The translations under genes were made by a program, and so were the position numbers. Shown piece after piece: positions 1-12,298 of a stretch of 64,000 nucleotides of DNA. Source of the stretch: Rhizophagus irregularis (Eukaryota). Location: the NCBI RefSeq assembly GCF_026210795.1, contig NC_089433.1, positions 2,294,001-2,358,000 on the forward strand. The letters run 5' to 3'. The notes under the pieces are model-generated. The model was not told where the DNA came from. It made no database searches and worked only from the letters and a program-made list of their open reading frames with translations. Numbering within the stretch: position 1 is the first letter of the stretch; the number at the start of each line of letters is the position of its first letter.

Positions 1-151
1 CTGTTGTACGAGGAGTAAGTGTCTTTTGTTTTTCGGAGATAATTGGTGTAGTTACATGAGATTGTGTGGAAATTCTTGGAGTTTTAGTTGATAATTCTTC
101 AATAGTGGGTGCTTGTAAAGGAGGGGAATTTCTTCTGCTATAAGTTACCAT
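1..151 (-). CDS. 5' end of a gene of unknown function running off the window (MVTYSRRNSPPLQAPTIEELSTKTPRIS...)
   Basis: ATG at 151 preceded by A-rich context; frame open to the window edge; S/T/P-rich N-terminus. Confidence 0.55.
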   Translation of the reverse strand, partial: MVTYSRRNSPPLQAPTIEELSTKTPRISTQSHVTTPIISEKQKTLTPRTT

Positions 152-396
152 TTTTATAAACTTTCCTATAAAAAGTCTGCAAAGATTAAATAAAAAATTT
201 TTGCAAACCTAAGGTTCGTTTGTTTATTTTATCCTAATTTGTTTATTGTTACACAGTTACGCAATCGCGGTTAAGCGTATCACGTGAATTTAATTTTCTA
301 CATCACTCGCGTTATTTAAATTTGATTGGACTTAACACAGCTTGACTTACAAATTTATTAACAAATCGATAAAATTCGATTACTAGATTACTCAGA

Positions 397-3300
397 TTAC
401 TCTAATGTTGGAAATTCTTGATTCCCTCCTAATCCACTTATTCTTCCACTCGTCATATCCATTTCTCTACCGATCGGTCCTAATGCTGTTTTTCCAATTA
501 AATCCATAGTTAAACTACTCAAAAAACAAGGAATAGATCCACGTTCTACGACCCAATATTTGATTAAGTTATCCAAACTCTTGATATATTCAGTATTTCC
601 ACCATCAACAAGTTGCATGGTACCAAGATTATCCTCATCAGAGGTAAAAACTAATGAATGGTCATCCTGTTCTGAATACATAGAAGTTAATCGAACGCGA
701 CCGTTTTCAAGAAATTCTACCTTATAACCAAGAAGGCTATAAACAGCTTCACGGTATTCTTGAGCTTTAGCTTTCCAAACCTATTAATAACGAAATATTA
801 ATACATGATGCAGACTATCATTGATAATTTATATATTTTTAAACACCTCTTTAAGTCTTGTCATTCTCTTTTCCTTATCTGCAACCTGATCTATAAGTTG
901 CTTATTCTCTTCTTCCAAATTTAAATAACTTTGAATTGGAAAGACTCTAATTGTTTCTTTCTCAGAATCATTATCTTCGGTTAATTCTAATGTAATGGTA
1001 GGATGATTTTCAAGAATTTGATACAATTCTTTAAGTTTAGTTTTTAAATCCTGGTTTTCTGTTGCCAATCCCTGCAATCTATTCTCGCGCAATGAAAATT
1101 CCTTGGAAGCAGGATTATCTTTCATCTCCAGCACCTTTTTTAAAATTTGTAAGGTTAGTGTTAAAATTGTGATAAAACATTTAATTTGCAAAATAAATCA
1201 TATAACTCAAATTATGGAACTTTCAATAACATACCCGAATTGTTTCCTTATTGTATTCACCTCTACCTACTGCCCTCTCAAGAATATCGATTTGATTATC
1301 TAATAACATTATTTTTTCCTTCAAAGATGCATTTTCGGTTTTGAGATCTTTTACAGCTGAGAAAAATAAATTTACGTTAGAAAATATAACACGATTCTTA
1401 AAACAAAGATAATTAGTAAAATAAGAAAATGTTCATACTTTCTTGTAAAATTTCATTCTGTTTAATTAATTCTGATGAATGTACTTTCAATTCAGTTTGT
1501 TCGTAAATATTTATTTGGTTTTGTAAAGATGCTATTTCATTTTGTAGATTTGCCTTTTCATTCTCTAGTTTAAGAATATCTGTATATAAAATAGTAAAAT
1601 TAATGAACATTCGTCAATGTATATAATACTATGTATATTAGTGATAAAAAAATTGCTTGCCTTGTGTTAGTTGTTCATTACGTTGCATTACCTCAAGCGA
1701 ATGGAGATTTAATTCTGAGAATTCCGGATACTCTTCATGTTTTGGTTGAATGTTAGTTGCCTTATTTTCACATTGTTCTAAAGCTTCTTTGTATTCTGCA
1801 AGCAATTTTTCCAAATTCTGGATTCTTTCGGTTTTTTGTGGTTCAAAGTTTGATTGTAGTTGTTTCTCTTCTTCGTCGTATGATCTCTAAAATAAATATG
1901 TTGGTACAATAGGTCATTCTAGAAAATATCACTCGTATTTTTTACTTACCAAAGAATTCATTAACATTTCAACCTCCTTTTGAAGAAGTCTTTTACTTCC
2001 TTTAGATGCTTCAATTTCATTTAAAAATTTACTTTCCATAGCTTTATATTTGAATCTTAATTCTTTAATCTTAACATAATGAATAAAATTGATTGATGAG
2101 TTATAATATAACAACATATATTGCAAATTTTTTTTTAATACATACTTTAGACTCATGATCAACAATCACTAAGTCTTTATTCCTAACTTGTTCTTCCAAA
2201 GATCGGGTTCTTATCTGTAAAAGCTCTATTTCATTTCGCCTAGAAACAAGTTCCTTTACAACAGTATACGGAGTATTGCTATTAATATTGTCTTTTTCCT
2301 GATCAAGTAGACTTGTCCTGTAAAAAATTTAATACTAATAAATTTATGAAGCAAATAAAATTTTGAGAATAATATTTACGAATTAAACTACACAGTTACC
2401 ATGATACTTTTTCTTTTTTTAACGTTGTATTTTCAACTTCTAATTCTGCAGCTTCTCGGCGAAGTGTATTCATATTTAAAAGTTGATATTCCGCTCTTTC
2501 TAATTTATGCTGTAAAATCTGAATGCTAGGTGACAATTCTTTATTACGATTAATTTCCTTTGTTAAATAACGGTTTCTTAATTCGAGTTCTTGGATATGT
2601 TCAGATTGCTCTATTATTAGGATAATTGTTCAATTAATATTTAAAACGTTTAACCATCTAAGAATGACTTAATTTAATACCTTGGACTTTCTTATTATGA
2701 GTTTCGATTTGATCCAATTGAGTAGATAAATGATTAAACTCATTTAATTTTTCCTGAGTTTCATCCAAACGTTGCTGAGTTTCATTCAACAGTTTTTGTC
2801 TTGAAGCAGATATATCATGTTGCTGACGTATCTAATAATACATTTGAATTAAATAATTGAATAATATTTTTTTTTTTATGCCAAGAATACAAAATATGAT
2901 TACCTGTTCATTAAGATTTTCAACCTGATATTGAAGTTTTGATGCTTCTAATTCTGTAGACTGTACTTTACGTGTCAAATCATTTTCTTTAATAAGATTT
3001 TCAGTTTTAAGATCTTCCAGATTCTGTTGTAGCTCACGAATTTTATCTTTAAGCGTTTGGGTTTCACAAGCTGCTGCTTGCTAAATAATCGATAAATCTT
3101 TATTAATAAAATTTATTATTAAAAGGATAATTTCACTAATTTATCAACTAACCTTCAATTTGATATTTTCAAGTTCCAAATTTTCCAAACTTTTTAATGC
3201 GTCTTTCTCTCGATTGTAATAAAAGTCTTTGTCTTTTTCTAAACCCTAATAATTAAAATAACAAATGATACAATAAATACAACTTGAACAATTCTTACTT

Positions 3301-4004
3301 TCTGTGCACAAAATAAACATACAACGAAATAAAAAAAACCTCAATCTGAAGACCAAGTTCTCGGTTCTTGAGTTCTAAACTTTTATTTTCGGCCTCAAGT
3401 CTGCCAAATTTCAGATCTAAATTATCCTTTGATATTTCGAGAGATTTAATTTTTGTACGAGCCTCAATTAACTCTCGATCATTTTTCGGGCTAAAAGCTG
3501 TAAAATTTATAGTGGATTCTAAAAAAAAAAAATATATATATATATAGAATAAATATAAATTTACAAATTAAAAAAATAGATATTTGCTCTGTTTACATCT
3601 GATTAGACCATTATTATGTACTCTGTAAAGAACTAAAATCCGGCATGAAATTAAAAGGATCTCTCGATGGGGTTATCGATGGACTGGTAAACCGGATTGG
3701 ACTCTCCACATCTAACCTAGATCTCTATATAAAGAATGTTATAGTAAGTATCACTTGCAAAATTAAAATGAATCAATTTGACAAACAAGAAAATGACCCT
3801 TAAACTATAAATTGAAAATAATGTTACTTTAGAAGGCCGATCTCCAAGCCCAGAATGAAATATTTTAGTATTGTTATCTACTTTAAATATTGAAGGAACG
3901 TTACTACTTGTAGATGCCGTAGGTTTAAAAGGGTTATCATTGTGCTGATCGCTTTGTTGCGACTGATTCTTTTTTGCAGAGCGCTGGTAAGGAGGGTATG
4001 ACAT
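397..4004 (-). CDS. MAD1: Spindle assembly checkpoint protein Mad1 (multi-exon)
   Basis: Long coiled-coil exons; C-terminal exon reads VWKAKAQEYREAVYSLLGYKVEFLENGRVRLTSMY...LIKYWVVERGSIPCFLSSLTMDL, typical of the Mad1 C-terminal domain; many GT-AG introns and one GC-AG intron. Confidence 0.88.
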
Positions 4005-5448
4005 TTCGGAATTGTTATAATTTTATATCAAGGAATGTCCGATTTTTGTCTAGAAAAAAAATAACATTGCTTAATTGTATGTCTAAAAATGGAAATAATC
4101 TTATACGCGTTAATTTCGTAAATGGACTGCGGAGCTATGGCTGTTTTAGGATTAGGTTAGAGTTAGTATATTAAGTTTCACAATGCGTTACACTTCGATG
4201 TTCAGGAGAAGAAAGAAAATGCTATTCATTGCTGTCCCTGCATTTTACGCGGGTAAATGTAAAATAAAAAACCATAATTTTTTATCGGTTTTTACTATTA
4301 AAATATTAAAATCCGGTTATTTTTTTGATGATCGTTTTCTATTAATATCGAATACATCATTATGCATAAGATGCATCATTTCACATTGAATTTGAAATTC
4401 ATTTTGTGACGCAATTAACTGTTCTAGGATTTATGATAAAATCATGCTTACCTTTACATAAAGATTGCATTCACATTGACCGATCTTATTCATTTTCATA
4501 AAATTAATGACAACATTCTTTTCAAAAGAGAAATCTCACTTCAGATCTATTATTGAGAATTTACCAAAAATGGTTTCTTTGAACATATTTCTGTTGACGA
4601 TTCTCATTTTTGTTATTCTTTGTACAACAGCATGATAACTGTTGAATGAATATCTATTCCACATATGAGATAGTTCATTGTTTTTAATTGTTACCATCAT
4701 ATTTAAAGTTTAATTAGATTACTTGTAAGTATAAAAAATTTTCATTTAACCAGTTAAAAAAAAGTTGGATTGATTTTTTCTTTGATCTTTTTTTTTTACG
4801 TGACTCTTTTTTTCACACGTATCAATGGTTGGCTAAGCCATAAGCCATTGTGTTTTCCAATGCATAATGCATCGGGCCAATATTATATCAAAAAGTATTA
4901 ATTATATTTTGTTATTTTAAAAGGTATTTCTTAAATAGCTGTCATCTCGAATTTATTTTGAAATTCACTCGATTATCAAAAAAAAAAAAGGCTGAGGTAA
5001 CACCAAAAGACAATGTTTACATGCTGTATCCTCTATAATTGTGATTCGTTGGTGAATTGATCGAGAACGCAAAATAGTCCAACAAGGTAACAAGTTGCCG
5101 CGCCATTGTATTCCTTTAAATTTACCCAATAAGTCAATTGTATTGTAATCTTTATATATATATATATTCATTCATTTCCATATTTATTACGAATATCTCT
5201 ATAAAAAAAAAGGATATAAAAGAGAGCAATATCTTCCTAAATTCATTTTGAAATAAAAGTAATAAAGACATGACCAACACGAGATATGGCGATTAGTAGT
5301 AGTTCCGATCGGCATTTATCACATTTTGTGTTGGAATCGCTACCGCCAATGATGTCAGTATCATTTTTTGATTATAAATAATCAAAAAAAAAAAAAAAAA
5401 AAAAAATCAAAATTTTAGAGTTTGCTTCCGCTTTTAATTTTTTCAGTC

Positions 5449-6957
5449 ATGGCCTTTTTCCCGTATAACAATATTACAAAGTAACTAGAGATACTTGTTT
5501 CCTGTTTAAGTTTTACAGGTTAAGCATATAGTACTCTTAAATACAAACTACTTAAGTAGGGATAACTATTGTACTATTATGAATACTGTCATTGCTTATC
5601 GTGACAGTTTCGCTGACCGTCACTAGCTCATTTACATCAATTTTCTTCATCAAATTTCTATATAAACAACTTTTTTTTTTGTTTATTTCCCATACAGCTA
5701 TCGGTTGGAGGTTTCTCAACAACCTATCCGAGCAAGAATGTGTGGTTTTGGGGATAAAGATCGCCGTCCAATTGATCCCCCGCCTGTTGTTAGACTTCTC
5801 GTATCTACTGCCGATGGAACTCCTGTACCTGAAAGGTAAGATTCTATTATTTGGTTTTAATGTTATGTGTAATGCAAAACTTAATTCTAACAGATAAAGA
5901 TATTGCAATCCATGCCATTCGATCTTTTTTAAATACGTGAACTTTTTGGTCAATCCGATTTATATAATCTATTCTCCTAAATATTGGTTAGTTCTGTCGA
6001 TCATTCTATGATGATCGTACACGCTGGTCTATGGTCTGAAAATCGTACGGAAGAGCGCAGTCTTGTAATCAATCCTTCTTCAATTCCCACTCAATCGACT
6101 GGTCCTAGCTCAACCGTCATGTCATTAAATGCTCCTTCGTGTACTCGTAATCTCATGGGTCATTGTACTTCATCTGCATATGTTCTCAATAACAACTTGG
6201 GTCAACAAGGAATTTATTTTATATTTCAAGATCTATCCGTTCGCACCGAAGGAACGTTTACATTAAAATTTTCGTTTTGTGACGTCAAGGGTTTGTTAGT
6301 TCGGTAAGTATCATTTATGAATTTCTGGAAGCCTTCACATCACAAGAATTTAGAATTTACTAAAAAAAAAAACGTTTTTATTCTGGCGGAATCGATAGAT
6401 CACTTAGCGGATATACTAATAGTCGTGGAAGTGTAGCGGCTGAAGTATACAGTGCTCCTTTTAAAGTATATTCTGCAAAAAAATTTCCCGGGATGACAGG
6501 TACGAAAAGAGCGACATGATCTCATGTTGATCAGATGACTATTGATTTCAGGTTTTTGAGCTTGTTATAGGTTTGTATATTATAACTGTATATATTTTTT
6601 TCTTCTTAAACTATATATATATTATTATGTTATTTTATAATAGAGTCAACGGCACTGTCGAAAGCTTTTGCAAAACAAGGAATTAAAATTCCGATAAGAA
6701 AAGAAACGAGATATCGGAAAACAAATAACGAAGAAACACGCGACCCAACAAACGAAGAAGTTCCTGAGTCTTCATCTTCGGCATTACCGACATCAACTAT
6801 TAGTGACTCTAAAGTTTCCGAAACTACTGTTGAGAGTACGGGTAATGATGAGAAGCGTAATCATCATGATCTTTCTGATGACGATACAGATACGGTTCGA
6901 GATTCCGAGGAAGGAAAAGGCAAGTCTGCCGAAAAACGGCGACGAAAGTCTAAATAA
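5449..6957 (+). CDS. Velvet-domain transcription factor (multi-exon; start uncertain, ATG 5449 or 5286)
   Basis: Exons 5698-5835 ([33 protein letters not shown]), 5992-6303 (TRNLMG...[20 protein letters not shown]), 6399-6499 ([16 protein letters not shown]) and 6644-6957 ([19 protein letters not shown]) carry the canonical velvet motifs. Confidence 0.93.
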
Positions 6958-7546
6958 ATAAATAATTTAAGGAAGGAGATTGATCTTCGATTTGATTATG
7001 TCTTTTCGCTGAATTTTATTTTATGTTAGCATAATTCATTAATTTGAGTCAAAATAATTATGCAATAATGTAAGTTATTTTGTCATGATTTTTTAAGAGC
7101 CTTTTCCTATAATTTTCAGTAATTATCTAACTTTATAAATTAATTTATAGAATTACCCATATAAGTATTTAAAGTATACACGTAATTTATGTTGTTGTGT
7201 TTAATGAAATTTAATTATAATTTTAAAATTATAATTAGAAATAAGTTAAATAAATTTTAAGATTTTTTAATCATAATAATGAATTCTATTTATCTGGTAT
7301 ATTTAAGTGATTAGGAAAATGTAATACAATTTTAGAATTTAAATATCTAAATAAAAGGACTTCATAATTAAACAATAAGATTAAAACAAATATTTTGTTT
7401 TAATTATAAAAGATAAACTAAGCTATTTATTCGGTTATTTAGGAGGTTATATAAGTATAATTATAAATATATTGTAAAATATTTCATGGGCAATAAAAAT
7501 TGCTCAACTATAAAAAAATACCATATAATCGCTTGAATATGGTTAT

Positions 7547-8405
7547 TTAAATTTTTGGTATTTTTATAGTTTTACTAACCATGGTTATTCCCATTAATCC
7601 AAATAACAAAACAAAAGGATGAAAATCGAAATTTATAGGCAGTTTGATTATTCCACCGGGAAGATTATCCTCGATATATCCATTATTAGCAAGATAAGCA
7701 ACTAATGCCATTATGCACAGGGTCGTTGGTATTGGCGTACCTTCAAAATAATGAACTTTACCGGATTTATCCTTGGGAAGCGATGCTACAGTAGCGTTAT
7801 ATCGCGCCAGACGAGCAATTCCACAAGATATAAAAACTACCAAAACAATTGAATCCAAGAATGTGCGCATGCCAACTGCAAAGGCGCATACTGCCGGGGC
7901 AACACCGAATGATATCTAGGATGTTGCAAAATTAGTTACGATGATAGAACACTAAATTAAACATAAAATAAATTATACTTAATTTACCAAATCCGCTAAA
8001 GAATCTAACTCCTGTCCCAAAGTACTAGCAGTTCTTCTCCATCTTGCTACTTTTCCATCAAAAAGATCAAACATCATTCCCAATGGCATTAATAATAAGC
8101 TCATCCAAAGGAAATTTTTATCTTTCGTAATCATATACTGTATACTTAAAAAAATTGACGAAGAACCACATGCACCGTTTGCTAGTGTAATAATGTCTGC
8201 AAGATGAAAATTGCTAAATAAAAAATTAGAATTTTAAAAAGTCCAAAAATGACAGTTAGACCTTATAAAATTATACTTACCGCACTAAAGAAAAATGTTT
8301 ATCGTCATCAACGAATTGTTTTAATTCTTCGTTCATATTTTTTACATTACTTTTTGCAACTTCCTCAACTTTCTCTACTTTCTCTACTTTCGAGCGTTTA
8401 GACAT
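7547..8405 (-). CDS. CHO1: CDP-diacylglycerol--serine O-phosphatidyltransferase (phosphatidylserine synthase), 3 exons
   Basis: HFSLVRNFHLADIITLANG; CDP-alcohol phosphotransferase motif DLFDGKVAR...GQELDSLADLISFG; RLARYN and YFEGTPIP motifs. Confidence 0.93.
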
Positions 8406-8670
8406 TGTAATTATTTTTATTTTTTTTTTCACCCAGCCTGTGAACTTTATTTATATCATTTTATTACAGGAAATGATGCTATAATTTAATCATGATTCTG
8501 TCATAAATTTACAAAATGATCTGTTTGTATTTTTCCATATCTGTTATTATACTAACTATAGAACACTATTATAAAATTATACAGAAAAAAACATTTCTTA
8601 TATAGGATTTACTTTGAGAGTTAAAGAAATTTTTTATTTATTGCAACCATGAAATCACTTTTACTTTTTT

Positions 8671-11145
8671 TTACTTATCTAGATTGACTATTTTTGAACT
8701 GTAAGCCGGTTAAGATTTAATTACGAAAGTTAATAAAAATTACGAAAGTCAATAAAATTAAATCAATTCCCCCCAAAAATACAAACCGATATTGATCAAT
8801 ATTGTCCTTTGTTAAAATCACAAGTTCTCGTTTTGTCAAAGGCTTTTTGGTCAGAGGGCAGGTGTTCTTTTGAGCTTCGGAAGAAAGGCATCGAACCCAA
8901 TTATCATATCTATTAAGTGTAAAGTAAAGTAAAAATAAGGTTTTAAACAAACAAATTATATTTAAATAAAGTATAATACCCCATTACGTGTCCATATGGG
9001 GAAATTGCAGGTTTAACTACTGCTTCTAACGTTATTGGATCAATGAAACCGGGTAATGGATTGTCATCATCAACATCTTCCATTTCGATATCATGATTGC
9101 GTGGCCCTTTACTTGACGATGACTGAGACCTTGTTCTCTTTGTTGTATTCCATGATTTTAAAATATAGCTTCCTGAATCGTCGTAATCGAAATCCTCTTC
9201 TTCATCTTCATCATCAGAAGCAAAACCTCGCCTTTTTCCCGGTTTACGTTTCTTCTTGGCAGGTGTTGATTTACTGGTAGTTTGAGATGATGATCTCTTC
9301 CGAGAAGCACTACCATGCTTAGTATGTGTTCGGAAAGTTTTTTCGGTTTCACCAGTTTTTTTGTTCTTGGTGCTGAATAAGAAATGAGCTTTACCCTTTT
9401 CATCAAGCACGTAATTAGGATCTTTGACACGACCAGTTTCTATTAATAATCGATAAAAGTTTGAACACTAAAAAAGGAAAATTATAATTATACATGCATA
9501 CATTATACATATATAAATCATAATTCAATTTGGAATATCTTTAAACAAATAAATTAATTCATAATTTACCTGATAACCTACACGACCTGGAATTGCCATA
9601 GAAAATATCCCCCATTGGCCATCTGCTCCAATTTCTTTCAATCGTTTGAAAAATAGTTCCTCTTCTTCCTAAATTTCAAGGTTTAAATTTATTAATAGAA
9701 AATATATAACCTTTTTTTAAAAAAATGTACCGTACCTGTGTCCATTGTCCTTTTTTTTGCTCTTCGCCAGGAGCGTTGAATCGATAATAATAAGTGTTAG
9801 GTTTTGTATCAATTGCTTTATATGCTTTGATGCGAGCTTCTGACCAACCCTCAAATGCTTTTTCGAGATCTTTTGTATTATCTTGAACTTGCTTCAAAGC
9901 ATCGTCTAATGCAAGACGACCTTTCATACGATATTGTCTAAAGAATAGTTAGTTTATCCATATATAAAATGGATGCAGAAACTAAAAACCAAAGTACAAT
10001 GGTCTAAATATGTACTTTTTGGCAGTTTCTCCCGTCCATTTCTTCAGAGTTTCTTTCCGTTTCTTTAAGAGCTGTTCATATGCTTCTTTTTGTTCGTCAG
10101 TCATCAAATTTACTAGAAAACAGCGATAAAAGGATAGAAATAAAATGAGAGAAATGATGAATTGTAAGCATATATATGAGTAATTTTAAGATTAATCCGA
10201 AACGAAGACATACTATGATAAGAGCGCATGTTTCTTTCGGCTATTGTTTTACGAATTTCAATCAGATAACGTGGTTGTGTCATTCTTACAATAACTTCTT
10301 CCTGCAATTTTCAAAGATCATATCCTTATATTTTTGATAATAATATTCTAAAATATAAATTATGTCTATTTTATACCTCATCATTCTCACAATCTTTGAG
10401 CGCCTCTTCAATCTCTTCATCCGATACAAACTCAAACACAGCTCGAATTTTTTGTGACTTTCGTTCGCGTTCACGTCTCTCGAACTCTGCATACTACCAT
10501 ATGGTAGGGTTAACTTTTTTCTTTCTTTTTTTTTTCGATTGAAAACGGTTAAAAATAGGTTTACCTGGCGTTGTTGCAATGCTACACGTTTATCTATAAT
10601 ATCTTGTTCTGTTTCAGTGACATCTTGAGCAAACAAACTTTTTTTTCTGATTGTTTCGATTTCTTCACTATCAATTGATACATTAATTCAAAAGGATTCG
10701 GCCCAATTATCTCAATATTATATTAAAATTACCTCTCAGACATAAAAATCGGATCGATGTGATGATTTTCTTCCATTTGCTCGTTTTTCTCTTTTTCGTG
10801 CATATTATTTTTAAGTTTTTCCTAAATTACAACAATATATTTCATCAAATACTAAAGAAAATAATCGAGTTTTGATTAAAATAAATATATAACTTACCGA
10901 TAGGTCTGAGACAAATATTGATGTAGGAGGTTTTGCCTCTCTCCAACTGACAAAAGTCGACTTTGTCATGGCTTTGACGAAATCTTTAGTTGTTGACGAA
11001 AGTTAACAAGAACCAAATAAAAAGCCTTAAGTATAGCTTTAAAGACTTAATAATCTTTCTTACCTTCTGGAAAGAATTTCGTACGTTGTTTTTCTTCTTT
11101 ACAAGCCATAGAAGAGCTTCTTGTAGTATAGTGGCCACGAGCCAT
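8671..11145 (-). CDS. Myb/SANT-like domain protein with a C-terminal U-box/RING-like domain (multi-exon)
   Basis: GQWTQEEEELFFKRLKEIGADGQWGIFSMAIPGRVGYQCSNFYR is Myb-like; FIDPITLEAVVKPAISPYGHVMGYDNWVRCL...TCPLTKKPL is U-box-like; ATG at 11145 and stop at 8671-8673 inferred from splicing. Confidence 0.8.
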
Positions 11146-12298
11146 TGAAGCTACTTTCTAAAGTTTTCATACTAATAATATTATATAAAAGCTAAGTAAT
11201 AATTACGACAACGTTGCTAATACTCACACTTAATGATTAACAAACTTATTTATTTTAGTGGCTTGTAAGAGTTACTGCTAGCTGCTCTAATTTTTGTACT
11301 CGCGTGGCTCGCGTTATTCTTTACTTCTATGTAGCAAGAAGTACTTTCGTATGTAGACGCGTAAAGTTTATTGCTTTGGAAATTGTCACGTGATAAAGAT
11401 AAACGTATTTCATGTGACTTGATATTTTTCTAAAGAGAAACATGATTGGTTTAATAATCAGCCACAAAACAAAAAAACTAATTGGTTGTTTAAGCATGTT
11501 ATGCGTGATACGCAAATTTCCGATAGAATAATATCATATAGTTTCTAAAGTAGTAATTTGAACTTATCACTTTCTTCTTTAATCATCAATCAATTCAGAA
11601 TAACGACGAACATGTTGATGAGGAGCACTTTTATAAACAATCTATATGTACTATATTATTGATTGAAGAATTATTAATAGAAGGATTTATTACAGAATTT
11701 TTGAAATGAGAAGTATTCTTTCATGTATTTATATACAAAATCATTTTAATAGACTAAGCGCTTAAACAATTATTGTGATCCACGAAATAAAATCGTAAAA
11801 TATTGAATAAAATGTGTTTCAGTCTTTAAATGGGATTGTTTTCTAATACTACACTGTTCTCAACGCAATTGACATAAATGGGGTCGTCTAAAGCCGTGTT
11901 CGATCACGTGACTTAATATTTTATAAATAAGTCATTTTTTTATGAACTAAGATTAATGTAAATATGTAAGTAATAGAATAAGTGTATTTTGACAAAAATG
12001 GATGACGAAAAATGAAAAAAGTCAAATAAGTCAAAAACGGTATTCAAAACCCCATGTCGTGCACTAAGTAAACTTGCACAGCAGGCTAAAATACACATAC
12101 CATATGTAACTTTAAAGTTTTATATGTTGGCGAAAAGTTTTATTTGTAAAAAATAAATTTAAAAGCACGTAATCGAACCGTCCCCCTGGGAAAGAAAATT
12201 TTGATAATTTTCCTTGTGGTACAATGCAGATCGGGTGATCGGCACATGGAAAACTGGTCAGAAAATTTTTTGCGATAATCTAATTTTTGTTATTCACT

